Shown in pieces: positions 45,450 through 60,680 of a DNA stretch of 64,000 bases. This DNA is from Octopus vulgaris (taxonomy: Eukaryota), in contig OX597816.1 of NCBI GenBank assembly GCA_951406725.2, forward strand, positions 155,248,001 through 155,312,000, in the 5' to 3' direction. The translations under genes were made by a program, and so were the position numbers. The notes under the pieces are model-generated. The model was given only the letters and a program-made list of their open reading frames with translations, was not told where the DNA came from and ran no database searches. The number at the start of each line of letters is the position of its first letter. The stretch's first letter is position 1.

Positions 45450-45838
45450 TTTACTTGTTTCAGTCATTTGACTGCGGCCATGCTGGAGCACCGCCTTTAG
45501 TCGAGCAACTCGACCCCGGGACTTATTCTTTGTAAGCCCAGTACTTATTCTATCGGTCTCTTTTGCCGAACCGCTAAGTGACGGGGACGTAAACACACCA
45601 GCATCGGTTGTCAAGCAATGCTAGGGGGACAAACACAGACACACAATAACACACATACATATACATATACATATATACGACAGGCTTCTTTCAGTTTCCG
45701 TCTACCAAATCCATTCACAAGGCATTGGTCGGCCCGGGGCTATAGCAGAAGACACTTGCCCAAGATGCCACGCAGTGGGACTGAACCCGGAACCATGTGG
45801 TTGGTTAGCAAGCTACTTACCACACAGCCACTCCTGCG

Positions 45839-45841
<3 letters not shown>
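45450..45841 (-). mobile_element. tRNA-derived SINE, family A
   Basis: Near-identical reverse complement of 28144-28572. Confidence 0.85.
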
Positions 45842-45920
<79 letters not shown>

Positions 45921-46649
45921 GTATATGTATACATATATGCCAGCATATATGTATGTATGTACATGTATATATGTGCATGTATATATGTATATATACATGT
46001 ATGTGTGCGTGTGAGTGTGCGTGCGTGTGTGTGAGAGTATGCGTGTATTCCGCTATATGTGTGTCTGTATGTGTTATTTTCCCCACCGTTCAATGGTTAC
46101 GAATTATACATGGATCTGTTTGTCATGAGAAGTAAAGTGCCTACAGCATACGGTTGTAATTTTCATCTGAAAGGAGCAAGATTGAAGAATTTCGACTTGC
46201 GCTTAACACCGTGCTCTCTCTTTCCTTCACTACAACGATGAGCAAGTGCCCCAAAATTTGGAGTTTCCAGGAATTCTATGGAGCCACGCCTTCCATAACC
46301 ATTTTCTACACATCGAGAATTTTCACCGGAATATATTTGGTTTACCTTCTTTTACATTTCTCTTTATTTATACAACACGGCCTGGTATAATTACTATTAT
46401 ATGAATTTAATAAAATTGGCTGTTGTTTGTTAAAATACGTCAACATTGATTAAATCAAAGAAGAACGACTTTTTCGTTTCTTTCTTCCTCTTAAAAACGT
46501 TCTCTCTCTCTCTCCCTCTCTCTTCCTCTCTCTCTCTCTCTCTCTCTCTCCCTCTCTCTTCCTCTCTCTCTTCCTCTCCCTTCCTCTCGAACACACGCGT
46601 GTATATATATATATACATTATTTAAAGCAGCAGAAAATTCAACAAAACC

Positions 46650-46685
46650 TGTTACTCTGAGTTTCATGTTCCCGTTCGTCGGACA
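46650..46685 (-). ncRNA. Minimal hammerhead-like motif (variant core CCGACGA)
   Basis: Minus strand reads UGU / CCGACGA / ACG-GGAA-CAU / GAAA-CUCAGAG-UA / ACA, close to (TA)n. Confidence 0.45.
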
Positions 46686-46816
46686 CTTTCTGCTAGAATA
46701 GAACCGATATGTCAATTCTATCCAGATTAGTATGAACGCTACACCTTTAAAAATGGACTTGTTTGATTGGTCCTTTACAAATAACGGTCAATATTCGAGG
46801 GATAAACAAAAATGAG

Positions 46817-46861
<45 letters not shown>

Positions 46862-48124
46862 CAAAAATTATAAAATTCGAGGAAAAAACCTCACATCGAA
46901 TCTTTGGTTAAAATACATATTGTCAGTAATAAAGGAAATATAATTAATACATGGAAATTGAAATTAAAATGTTAAAATGCATTAAAATATTAAAATTCAA
47001 ATGTTAAAATGCATTAACATATTCATATTAAACTATACATATATAGTACTGTTGTGTAATATTTTAATGCATTTTAACATTTGAAACCAATATTCAATTG
47101 TAATAAACTTGATACAAGAATGAGAAGGATAAACACTTAAATTATGGGTACAGGCCATTCGACTGCCTTCTACATAGTCTCTGTTTCCCAGACCTGGCAT
47201 TGTGAGTGTTTATTGAGCGAAAACACCTAAAGCTCCACGAGGCTCCGGCAGGGGATGGTGGTGATCCCTGCTGTACTCTTTCACCACAACTTTCTCTCAC
47301 TCTTACTTCCTGTTTCTGTTGTACCTGTATTTCAAGGGGCCGGCCTTGTCCCTCTCTGTGTCACGCTGAATATCCCCGAGAACTACGTTAAGGGTACACG
47401 TGTCTGTGGAGTGCCCAGCCACTTACACGTTAATTTCACGAGCAGGCTGTTCCGTTGATTCGGATCAACCGGAACCCTCATCGTCGTAACCGACGGAGTG
47501 CTTCCACATAGTCTCTGTCTATCCAAATTCACTTAGGCACAGGTAAACTGTTTTCAAATCCCATACCTTTCTGCAAAAATAAATGGGTGGATTTCCTGTT
47601 TCTAATTAAAAGTATGGCTTTATCATCACACAGGCCTGTTGAAGAATGTCAATGAAAACGTCCTTCATACTCACGTTAAGTGCCTGAGTAAAACAGCCGT
47701 TTCATCACTGTTGATCGGGTTCAATACTTAACCTGAGACGATCGCCTGGCATCATCCCTTTAAACAAAAATACAGGATTTTTCTCTAATAGTGGCTATCT
47801 TAAACTAGGCAAAGTTTTAGACACGATTGAAAAGACTGAAGTCAGGTATTGTCTCCGCTGGCGTTATGGCCTCAGGTAAAATGTTTTGTGATATTTATTG
47901 AGCGATTAATTTTTACATTCTGAGTTCAAATCACATCGATATCGCTTTTTCCTTTCTTCCTACTGGGGTTGAATAATACCAATCAAATACTGGGTCAATA
48001 TAATTATATGACCTCAACCCCAATTTCCTTAGCATTGCATATTTGTAGGAAATTATTATGAAAAACTATTTGCATTGGTTTCGTCAACAAATAGTGTTCA
48101 TTTGTGTCATTTTTCTCTCTACAG

Positions 48125-48214
48125 GCGGTAATGGTGGCAGCTCTTCAGGAAGCAACGGGCAGGATGGTTCTTCTTATATTAACCGCGCATCTACAGTATA
48201 CGTTTTTGAACCAA
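48125..48214 (+). CDS. ALK: ALK/LTK-family exon (end of Gly-rich region)
   Basis: tacag|...A|gtaagt, phase 1/1. GGNGGSSSGSNGQDGSSYINRASTVYVFEP parallels ALK GGNA...DGEDGVSFI. Confidence 0.88.
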
Positions 48215-48521
48215 GTAAGTATCTAAGAATCTTACGTTATTCTAGTCAAATATAATCATTTACTTTTCCACTGAAGTAATCTTAGTCATATCCAAGGTTT
48301 ATATAAACTCATATTATTTACATTTTTATGTATCGAATCCGATTGCGTCGCTATGTCACACCAGAAATCTATGATCACTATCAATTCACATTTCCTTTAA
48401 TCTAAAATATCCTAACCAAGGGAGAGATGGTCGAGTACATTTCTTTCTATTATTACACTTTCAGAATCGGCTACGCTGTGTTGGATAACTGCTCACAGTT
48501 ATCATGAATAAATAAGGTGTT

Positions 48522-48566
<45 letters not shown>

Positions 48567-49036
48567 GCATACACACACACACATATATATACATATATTT
48601 ATATCATAAAATACATTTTGTAAAGGTTAGTACCGGTTTTAGCCTTTTCGGCTTTTATAACTAAGAGTAAAGCAAGGAAAACAATTACATTGAAGAAAAA
48701 ATTTAAATTAAATGTTTTGTAAATATTTTCATAGTCCTCAAATAGGTAGGACATTTTCCTTTTTTGTCTGTCGCGCTCTCTTTTTCTTTGTGAAGGCTAG
48801 GTAGGCAGTAGCAAATCTGAAAAAATAGTGTTGATGGCTCGCTACCCATGAACTTATTTAGAACAGTTCCTGTATTTCAAAGGACCAGCCTTGACACACA
48901 CTGTGTCACGCTGAATCTTCCAGAGAACTACATTAAGGGTACACGTGGAGTGCTCAGCACGTTAATTTCTTGAGCAGGTTGTTCTGGTGTTCGGATCAAC
49001 TGGAAACCTCGTCGTCGTAATCGACGGATTGCCACG

Positions 49037-49112
<76 letters not shown>

Positions 49113-49505
49113 GTATATATTCAGATATGCAGGAAGTAAATAGTCAGTTTTAATTTTCAAAATCTTTTATTTGATATTAATTGGTTGAAGGAGAGGTTTT
49201 CATCTAGCTGCTCGTCCATAATACCCAAGTTTATGCAGATATGTACAGTTAATCAGAGCCGGGTGGGGGTTCGTTATTTGTTTTCTCTTTACCTGCGTGA
49301 GTTGTTGAGTATTGCTGTCTGGGAGATATCTTATGGTAGTATTTTAACTGCTATTTCTACATTTCGGTATGTGGTGAAGCAAATTTTGCTGAGCCCTAAT
49401 TATAATTATGCTCATAATTATACAATTTTATATATATATATCAATTTGAATATAAAAATAGAGTGAGAGAAAGAGAGAGAGGGATATATATATATATATA
49501 TATAG

Positions 49506-49542
<37 letters not shown>

Positions 49543-50160
49543 AATAAGTTAAGTATATCAGCTTGGGTTTGTACATACAAACAGAAAAAAAACAAAGACC
49601 TTTAAACTTCTCTGTATCATGATCTGAAATAAAGATCTTTTCCACCCGCATGACAGAGGCTCGCTTTATCCGAAGTTTATTTCCTTCCATTACGGGCTGC
49701 ATATTTTGGTGAACTACATCTACCAGCATTATGATGGATGTCTGGACTCCCAGAAACAACTTTCTTACTTATAATACCTTACTTATTCTCCTTTCTTGTT
49801 CTTATTATAAGTTCTTGTTACCACTTTTAGCCCTACGCAAAAAATCCCAAATTTTATTTCATTTGCTTTGTGGGAAGGACTGCTTCAACGAAGTCGCGTC
49901 TTGTCCTTACCTTTGAAACGCGGAGTAGACGAAACAAGGACAACTGAAGGGGAATATTCTTTGTGTTTATGTCTCGTACTCTGTTTTTTCGTTGTTTGAA
50001 AAAAAAGTTCATTTCCATGTTTTTGTTTTATGTTTTCGTTTCTCATTGTGTTCAACGTTTCTTTGGTGTCCTGTACCCTTATATGCATATATATATACAC
50101 ACAGATGTAGGTATGTACATATATGTATGTATATATGCATATGTTTATATATTATTTATG

Positions 50161-50206
<46 letters not shown>

Positions 50207-51039
50207 ATATCTGAAGACTCCACTAGAGTGGACGCAAGCGTTAATATGTGATTTATAAAAACATGTGACATATTAATAAATATCTGTAAATATAAAACCA
50301 TCCAGATTTCTGAGTACCTTATTTCTTCTAATATATAATACCTGTACATCATCTCCAAACTTTCTAATATATATGTATGTATATGCATGCATGTATTGAC
50401 CTATACATACTTTTGCCATTCGTACTAAATATAAAATTATAAATGCAATGTTTTTTGGTGCACATCATTGCTTTCGATCTTTGTTAGAAGCAGCATTTCT
50501 GGAGTGATTTCATAACGATCGTCTATTCACTTTCTTTCAAGCAAGATTTTAAAGCTCCTTCTGTTAAAATCACTATACCAGTTCCCTATTTTTCTTGTAA
50601 TTTCACGATGCACACTGCATGCAAGCATCAACTGTTTTTGCAACTACTATTTTCCAATTCCATTTGCTTCATTACCACGAGACAGCATTCTCATGTCAGC
50701 TTTATTTTGAAATATATTTTCCAGATTTCTGTCCTTACAGAGATTTATGTCTTGTGTATGGAAAAATCATCAATAAGCCTCATTCCTTAAAATGCTAACT
50801 TCTCTAACCCTGCCAATTTTTGCCTTATTGTTTGCACCGTGGAAATAATTGCAAATAACCAATTCCTTTCTTCTTTCCAATTTTATTTTTAGGAAAATCG
50901 CCTCTTAGATAGATTGCCTTTCTATAGTTTCAATTTTGTTTCCCTTCCCAATCTCTTGGGACGGAAGTGTGTGTATGTGTGTGTTTGGCTACATGGGTAT
51001 ACATATATTAAAAGAAAGTTTCATTTTCGTTGGTTCCAG

Positions 51040-51192
51040 ACTTGCACAGTGGAGATGGTGAAGTAGAAATTTACGAATATTTTCCTTGTGCTTGTGAGGA
51101 ATACTGCATCGTCGAAGACAGTGTGAACCGTACCTATACCTGCAAGTGTCAGAATGATAAAACTTTGATGCCTGATAAACATACCTGTTCAG
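51040..51192 (+). CDS. ALK: ALK/LTK-family exon (EGF-like domain)
   Basis: tccag|...G|gtaag, phase 1/1. NLHSGDGEVEIYEYFPCACEEYCIVEDSVNRTYTCKCQNDKTLMPDKHTCS has the G.GEV.I motif and six Cys. Confidence 0.9.
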
Positions 51193-51811
51193 GTAAGAGC
51201 TATGCAATACCTTTTGGATTTCTAGTGAGAAATTGCGAAGAATATTTGTGGCGAAGAAATTGTAGAAACAATTAGGTGACGAAATAAATGCCTTTCATAC
51301 GTTTTCAGCTGAAATTCCATCGCGTTTGACTGCCTTTATTCCTCCGAGGCCGATAAATTACTCGTAATCTTTCACGTCATTCGAACTATAGCTAGAATTG
51401 TGGCCTTGAGAAAATATAAAAAAATTTATCTGTGTAGCACAAGAGCAGTGGCTGAGCAAACATAAAATGGAAAGAAATGGAATAAATTAAATAAACTCTA
51501 AGTTGAACGATTAAAGAATTTAATCAGGTTCATCTAGGTTTTCTGTTTATATTCTGTTGAAAGCGGTTTTCTCAATGCTCAAAATTAATACCAGTTGTGT
51601 GCTCGGAGACATGCAACTGAAATTACTTTTTCCAGTATAAATTAATTTGATACCATACAATTTCACATTCAATATGAGAATAATTCAATTCAAGCTGGAA
51701 TGGTTCCATTCATAATGGAATAATATATAACATGCTTTTTGGAAATAAATAATATATAAATTGAAAATGAATGGAACAATATAACGCAAAATCCTGTTTA
51801 TTATGAATGAT

Positions 51812-52143
51812 AAAGGCGCCGAGCTAGCTGAATCGTTAGCACGCCGGACTAAATGCTTAGTGGTATTTCGTCTGCCGGTACGTCCTGAGTTCAAATTCCG
51901 CCGAGGTCGACTTTGCCTTTCATCCTTTCGGGGTTGATAAATTAAGTACCAGTTACGCACTGGGGTCGATGTAATCGACTTAATCCGTTTGTCTGTCCAT
52001 GTTTCTCCCCTCTGTGTGTAGCCCCTTGTGGGTAGTAAAGAAATAGGTATTTCGTCCGCCTTCATGTACTGGTTCAAATTCCGCCGAAGTGCGCTTTGCC
52101 TTTCAACCTTTAGGGGTCGATGAAGTAAATATATGTTACGCAC
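51812..52143 (+). mobile_element. tRNA-derived SINE, family B (CORE-like); other copies at ~31561-31775, 35205-35340, 36785-37150, 47870-48030, 52262-52450 and 53930-54105 (-)
   Basis: Recurrent gagttcaaattccgccgaggtcgactttgcctttcatcctttcggggt block behind a tRNA-like head. Confidence 0.8.
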
Positions 52144-53522
52144 TGCCTTACAGTATTTCGATTCGTTTCTCTATATTTCAATTACAAATCTCACAGGCAT
52201 TTTAACATTGCTTTCCTTATAGGAGAATCAATAAACTAAGACTCATGAAAAAAATGGACTAAAGGTGGTATAGTGGCCGAATCGTTAGCACATCGGACAA
52301 AATGCCCAGAGGCTTTTTTTTCGGTTTTTATGGGTTAGGGGTTCAAAGCCTCTCACAGTCAACTTTGCCTTTCATCCCTTGGAGGCTGATAAAAAAATAT
52401 CAGTTAAGATCTTGGCTCAATGTGATCGTCTTGTCCCTTTCCCTCAACATTGCTGTCACCCTACAACAAACCAGCGTTCCGTTCATGGGGAACGTTGTGG
52501 TCTCGGTCACTTAAACTCTATGGAAACTCGATAACCGGCTTTATGAATCATAGGGATCAAGAAAATAATATGTAAATAAAAGGGCTGGACATTTACGTCA
52601 TCACTTGACAAATTGCTGAAAATCCAATCTACCCATTGTATACTTATAGATATTACAAGGTTTTAGAACACTTCACTAGTTTACTTTTAGACAAGGTAGA
52701 CTAATACGAATGTTCGAATTCGCTTCTTATCATTTCGTGCTCTAGTGTGAGAAAAACTGCATAGAATGGTATATAAACGTATGATGTTAACAGACAGCTC
52801 GGCAGTCGCAAAACAGGAATCTTAGCGATTTAGATATTGTGAAAATTATTCGTATTTTATTGATCCAGGTTATAGAGATAATTTCACGTATTTTATCGAT
52901 CAAGGAGAGACGTGAAACTAAATTGATTCCGATGTGACTTAAACCAGAATACTATGGATTTGCGCTATTTAACCGACAAATGCTATTGCAAGCGCTCTCT
53001 CGTTGGCGCTAATTCAACATTTTAGTTGTTGTAACAAACTTAAAGGATATCAAATGACATCGTAATAGTTAAAAAAGCTCCATTAACTTTGTAAAGTATC
53101 TGACGATAAATTGACTTCGAGGAAATATTGCCTTTGATAAATCATATCGCATTTTTCAATGACTAGGCAAATGAATTTTACTCACAGCGGAATTATGACT
53201 AATAGCTTTCCCGAGTTCAATTATTCGAGATTGGTATAATTAAGCTTCATTTTCATTTTTTTGCCTCAAATTTTCTTCTCAGTATTTTTGCTTTCAAAAC
53301 TAAATTATCAGGAAATATGTCTTATATCGGTCATTGAACTGCGTTCATGCTGGGGTACCGCCATGAAGTGCTTCATCGAATAAATCTACCTGAGTTATTT
53401 ATAAGTTTGGTATTTATTCTATCAATCTTTCATAGCTGATTTGCTACGTTAGAGTGACGTAAAAAGACCAACATGGGTTGTCATGCTGTGGTTGGAGACT
53501 TACACACACAACCCCACATACA

Positions 53523-53561
<39 letters not shown>

Positions 53562-53574
53562 GTGTGTATGTATG

Positions 53575-53605
<31 letters not shown>

Positions 53606-53880
53606 GTGTGTATGTGTGTGTGTACACTTCACGCTTCTTCCAGTTTCCGTCTACCAGTCTAGAAAATCTACTCGAGATTTTGGTCGGTCCGGAATTATAG
53701 TGGAAGGCAATTTCCCACGATACCGCGCTGTGGGATTGAAACCAAACCCACATGGTTGAGAAACAAAATTCTTACCACATAGCCACAACTGTGAAATGTA
53801 TAATTAAAAAGGTCGACATAAAGTCAATGAAAGGATATTTACTTTAAAATGACAAAGGACAATTTCTCATGTGTCTGATG

Positions 53881-53922
<42 letters not shown>

Positions 53923-54804
53923 TTATATTCTTTTCTACTCTAGGCACAAGGTCCGATATTTTGGGCGGTGGGTACTTAATTATCGACCCCGAAAGGATGG
54001 AAAGCAAAGTCGACCTCAGTGGAATTTGAACTCACAACGTAAAGATAGACGAAATACTACTAAGCATTTCGGCCGGCGTGCTAACGTTTCTGCCAGCTCG
54101 CCGCCTTATAATATGCGTTATATTAATATTCATTATATTTAATGTAGCCAGAGAAGGTTCCACATGGAAACGATGTGAATTAATCTGTTTGAATCGCCAG
54201 CGATGTCAAGTTAATATATTAAAATCTCTCCAACTAGTAAAAGGTTATGAACGTAGGACATAGACGTGTGTAGCTTTGTCTTCACATTGGGGTCTGCCAG
54301 CTACCACATGAATGTTTCATTTGAAAAAAAAGACTGGATGTTAGGGTTAATTTTCTACAGCACTATTTTAAACAAACACAAAACGCATGCACACACACAT
54401 GCACGAACACACACACACACACATACACACACATACACACACACATTCCATTGCAATTCTGATGGAACGTTAATACAAATCAATAAAAGCAATAACAAAG
54501 ATATTCAAATGTTACCTTAGGAATGTTAATTAGTCCTGGTATTTGTGGAAAAATGAAAAATACACCATTTCCAAAAAATTAAGACAAGACAAAACCACAT
54601 CTTGTCTGATTGAATTGAAATGTCAGATATGTCAATCCGTTTGTTTGACATGTCGGGTATGTTTTTTGCAAGTTTATACAGTATATATATATACACAAGC
54701 ATTCATAGACACAGCAATAACATATATGTATGGGTGTATGTATGTGTTGTATGTGTGTGTATTCGTCGTTTTGTATACACACACGCACACACATTCACAC
54801 ACAC

Positions 54805-54858
<54 letters not shown>

Positions 54859-54863
54859 CATAT

Positions 54864-54935
<72 letters not shown>

Positions 54936-55581
54936 TACAGATAATTCTATCGACCATGTGTATAGCTGTATATTCCTAATTTGAGACAATAAGTTTCGAC
55001 GTAAGTGAAATTTAGCGGTTATTCAATCAGTTTGGGCTACAACCAAGAACCCGTCTGTCATTGGTTCGAAGTAAACGTAGTTAACATTGTTTGGCCCCAA
55101 ATCATCCTTTATCGAATATCAATTATGATGAATGTCATTCCAATTGCAACCATCATCGCCCCTTCTTTTTGTAGATATGAAACTTCATTGCCGAATGCAT
55201 CATTTAAGATGCTTGCGTACGATTGACTGAAGGGGTGGGGGAATTTGGCTGTTATTTTTCAAAATACGAGCAACAATATAACACCTTTGTTGAACACCCT
55301 AGCCAGATGTTATACTTTGACATTACTTTATATAGGGGAAAATACTATTAGACAGCGATACATCAGGTAAAAATAATACTATTGCCCCATAGACTTTCAA
55401 TTTAATTACTTCGGTGATTGGTTGTTATAAGACAGTGTAAGATATAAATTACATAGGGTGTGTATGATAGGAGGTAAAACTAACGGCTGGAAGTGTTTCG
55501 GTTACATATACAGATATACTTCGATAAATTCCACTATAACATAAATTAAAATTACATATGTGTATTATATTTTCTTTTCAG

Positions 55582-55686
55582 CGGTAGTTTCCCTAACACC
55601 ACAAAAAGAAGACGAGAGTAATAAACAATTAATCATGGTACTTGGAAGCCTGGCTTCTGTCATCGTTATCATTATTTCATGTTGCG
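55582..55686 (+). CDS. ALK: ALK/LTK-family exon (extracellular stalk + transmembrane helix)
   Basis: tttcag|...G|gtaagt, phase 1/1. Translation AVVSLTPQKEDESNKQLIMVLGSLASVIVIIISCC. Confidence 0.85.
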
Positions 55687-55839
55687 GTAAGTCAATTCTA
55701 GAAATATCGTTAGGCCTTTGATTCTTTCGGTTGGGTTTTACATACTAAAGAATGTGTATATACATAAATGTATGTATGTAACATCAATATATATGTGTGT
55801 GTGTGTGTGTACGTATATTTCTCTTTCTGTCAATATTCA

Positions 55840-55940
<101 letters not shown>

Positions 55941-55957
55941 GTCTATCTGTATGTCTC

Positions 55958-56008
<51 letters not shown>

Positions 56009-56021
56009 GTCTATCTGTATG

Positions 56022-56083
<62 letters not shown>

Positions 56084-57558
56084 GGTAGATGATCAATAAG
56101 TGAGTAGGAAAGTAAACAATGAGAAATCACTGGATTGTATGCTATTATGTATTAAGTTCAGCATCTGAAATTTCTTCTTTCAAATCATTACAAGTTTGCT
56201 TTTCATCTTTCCTTTGTGTTGACATTTTATATATACTGCTCAAATACTTTGGAATAGTTTCGCCGACGTTTCATCCTTCTTTTGAATTAGATGGATATCA
56301 CCAACAAATGTAAAGAACACATTTTGGTTAATGTATTTTTGCCATTGAATGGTTTCTTATTGGCTGAGTACAAATGCCCTTTATATGCAGAAAGTTCGAG
56401 TTTCAGGTTCCCAAAACCAGATTTGAAACAACATCGCGTTCTGGGGCTCCATGAACCTACTTCTCACTCTCAGACCTTTTCATTGTTCTGTTGGTTAATA
56501 TTGAATTCTAGCAATGTCAAATGACAAGCAATTTCGGAAATATAAAATAAGGATTGAAATTATTCTTAGTATGTGACTACTTTTATATTAATCGGTACGA
56601 AGATTTGATTAATTCTTATTTTTCCATCCTGGATCAGTCGAAATGTATAATCCAACGGTTGAATTATCTGTAAGAATCAAATTAAATATAGATGGCGGAT
56701 ATGTATTTATTACATGATTTTCAGTTACAGCAATTTGTTACCTTCTTTAATAATCTGCAATGGAATCCCTCTAATATGAAATTTAATTTTTATAATGCCG
56801 AAAGTAAGTAAATTTAGCACTGAGTTCAGAACAAGTTGCAAAATTCAATCAATTAAAATATATTTTACCACTGGCACAGAAAATATGACATCAGTTCTTC
56901 GAACTCTAAACTACTGACACAAACTCACAAGCCGCTATAGAAAAGAGTAAAAGAGTGCATCTCTCATCCTATGATATTAATACCAATCTTATCATAATTT
57001 TGCTTGTTTCACCGTTACTTAGCCCGTCCATAACGTTTTCACGTAATTAGTTGAAGGAGAGGGAGAAAATAGAGAGGGACAAAGGGAGAAGGGGGAGATA
57101 GGAGGTAGTGTTGAGTGAAATGTGTAATTTTTTAAATTACTCCGTTACTTAGCCCGTCTGTAACGCTTTCATGAAATTAGTTGAAGAGAAACGCGAAGAG
57201 TGAGAGAAAAAGAGGGAGCAAGAAAAAGAAGAGAGGAAAAGGGGGTAAGGCGAAGAGTGAGAGAGAAAGATGGAGAGTGCCGTGTATTAAGTCTGTTGCT
57301 TCTGCACGTGTGAAACTTCATTTCTTCTCGCTCACTACCAGTCATTTGATACCCATCATAATTAACGTTACATGACACACACAAACACATATTTATTACT
57401 TCTGTTTTTCTTTCTTTCTTCTGCCATTTTTCTTTTCCTGTTTACTCCGTATGGAAAATTTTAAGCTCGATGCGTCAAAGCGTTTTCTTTCTTAAGTATC
57501 AGAGCAAACCGAACCAATTACTACATTTTGCTTTCTATATTGTTATTCCCGTCATTAA

Positions 57559-57593
<35 letters not shown>

Positions 57594-58484
57594 TGCAAGT
57601 ATATATGTGTATTATATATACGTACATGCAATTTGCCGTTCTGTCTGGGTCTACGTTTATACCACTTGACACCCAGTAGGATTGGTTAATGATCTAACTA
57701 TTCGACTTATAGAGAACAATAGAATAACGTTTATTCAGACACAGTATATCTAGAATCATATTAGCTATATGTCATTCCTGTTTTATGATAGTATGACGTA
57801 CGATGAGGGGTTTTAAAATTTAATTTCTGGCAGATCAGATGATTTCATAGATAATCCCTTGCTAGATCACGAATGCAACAATTTTTTTTTGATTAACTTG
57901 TACTTGTTAGAGAAAAGTTAAAATCCGAATATTGTACCACTTAGTACATCAAATCCCTTTGTAATAATTCTCTCAGAAGTATTTTACCAAAATTATGTTA
58001 CCAAAAGAATGACTCTCACTCTCATGATAAGGGTATCATGTTGCCAAAGGCAGACAAGATTTGCAGTAATGTCAATAACAAGAAGCAATACGCAGGTAGA
58101 CTTGCGTAAATAACATGAAATTACATGAAAAATTGCTTCAAATATTCGATTACAAGCTACATGATGTCAGGGCGCAGAGGACGAAGTAAAGCTGAAGTAT
58201 GAGGAATGACCTATCATCTCGTATTCTTGTAAAACTGGAAGTAATGTGCAGATCATTACAACAAGATGACCTTTTCTAAATCACTTTATTATCTGGATGT
58301 TTATTGCCAGCACCGATCCCTTCATACCTCCAAGCTCTAGATCTAAATGAAAGGCAGGCTCTGTGTTAAGAGATGGATAAGCAATAACGTACAGCTGTTT
58401 CAGACGTGTTATTTTTATGAACAGAAGTGTTACATCAAGCAAAAAATCGCCAAACCCACCAGGACCTAAGATGCATCTCTCTCT

Positions 58485-58557
<73 letters not shown>

Positions 58558-59170
58558 TGTATGTATGTATGTATGTATGTATGTATGTATGTACGTATAT
58601 ATATGAAGGGAGAGTGAGAGAAAGAGAAAGAAAGAGAAAGAGATAACGAGAGAGAGAGAGAGAAATGCATGTGTGCGTTTGCATTCTGTGCGTACATTAA
58701 ATATTAAATATTAAATAGATGAATTTCGAAATAACTACATTTAATACAACAGATAAATAAACGTTAGGCTTGGTGTCACTTCATACAATGGCGTGCTATT
58801 ATGTTTCATTTATCTTGACAACTGAACCGATTACACAAGCTCATTTTATAGGAAAATGCAATCTAGCATAAACAGAAACTCCAAAAGCTGAGTATATACA
58901 TACTAACATTATTTTTATGCTTTTATAATGATAATTTGCTTTAATTTTATGACTAATTGCAAAACGCTCTTTTTCTGATACGTAATTTTATATAGTTAGC
59001 GGAAGAGTTTTCATTATATTTCATCCAAATATTTATTTCCCTTATCAAATATTTAGAAAGAAAATTAGAAAAAAACCTCTACCTCCCTACCTCCCACCCT
59101 CCCTACCTACCTACCTACCTACCTACCTACCTACCTACCTACCTACCTACCTACCTACCTACCTACCTAC

Positions 59171-59290
<120 letters not shown>

Positions 59291-59865
59291 TTATCTAATA
59301 CAATGCAGACATACATATATACAACTATGAACATATGCACATACATTTTTATACGTATGTGGGTGTGTGTGTGTGTGTGTGTATTATATGCCTATACATA
59401 CATACAAACACACACAATGAAAGAGAGAGAGAGAGAAGGACAGACAGACATAGAGAGAGAGAAAGAAAGAGAAACAGAGATGGGTGAGAGAGCACACAGA
59501 AAAGATTATTCGGAAGGCCTTCACGACGATACGAAGACGATTTGATAAAAACAAAAGAAGGCTAAGATGGAGAAGAAGGGCTCAGTCAAAAGAAAGAAAC
59601 AAAAAGAAAACACTTAAACGTATTGTAACCAGCTGTGTATAGCAACAACCGATAGCCTGATCGATACAGGTGATACAAGTTATATATATATATATATATA
59701 TATAGATGTATGACTAGCAAGGTGAAGCGGCTGACCTCCCCTGTTCGAAGGTTGTAATGGACGCAGGTTCGTGTGTCATATAGCTAGCTAGAGGCGATGG
59801 CCTCTTGGAGCTAATCAGCGACAGCTTTAGTCTTATATTTATAGACTACCATATTAGTATGGCGA

Positions 59866-59950
<85 letters not shown>

Positions 59951-60273
59951 CCACTACTACACGAACCTGAAGTTTGCATAGTTTAATGCATGAAAGTACT
60001 AATTCAATCAAAATGGACATTTATTATTCTATCATTTCATTATATTATATTATCTTATATTATATTATTATAAGATTGTAATTAAAACATGAAAATCAAA
60101 GTTGGAATTCATTTGAGTAATATATTCTGCTATACCCAATCATACAACCGTCTATGTATGTATGTATGTATGTATGTATGTATGTATGTATGTATGTATG
60201 TATGTATGTATGTATGTATGTATGTATGTATGTATCTATCTATCTATCTCTCTCTATATATATACGTAATATA

Positions 60274-60360
<87 letters not shown>

Positions 60361-60364
<4 letters not shown>

Positions 60365-60680
60365 TCAGTGGTTTGAGCGTCGGGCTCACAATCATGAAGT
60401 AGTGAGTTCGATCCCAGGACCAAGCTGTATGTTTGTTCTTGGCAAGACCCTCTATTCAGGCTGCTCCATTCACTAAGCTGTAGTAATGAGTTGCGACGTG
60501 ACTGGTGCCAGGCTGTACGGCCTTTTCCTTGGATGACATTGGTGACATGGAGAGGAGAGGCTGGTAGGTACGGATAACCGCTGGTCTTCCATAAACAACC
60601 TTACCCAGAGTTGTACTTTGGAGGGGAACTTTCTAGGTGCAATCTCATAGTTATTCCTGGCCGAAGGAGATCCTCGTCTC
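60361..60680 (+). mobile_element. tRNA-derived SINE, family D; partial copy at 17390-17620 (-)
   Basis: Head tggctcagtgg...gagttcgatccc, with body (gagttgcgacgt.actggtgcca, ctggtcttccataaacaacc) shared with the second copy. Confidence 0.75.

Noticed and set aside
57012-57187. ~45-bp direct repeat pair flanking a purine-rich tract
   Set aside because: Short and diverged, probably internal to an old repeat, with no supportable function.
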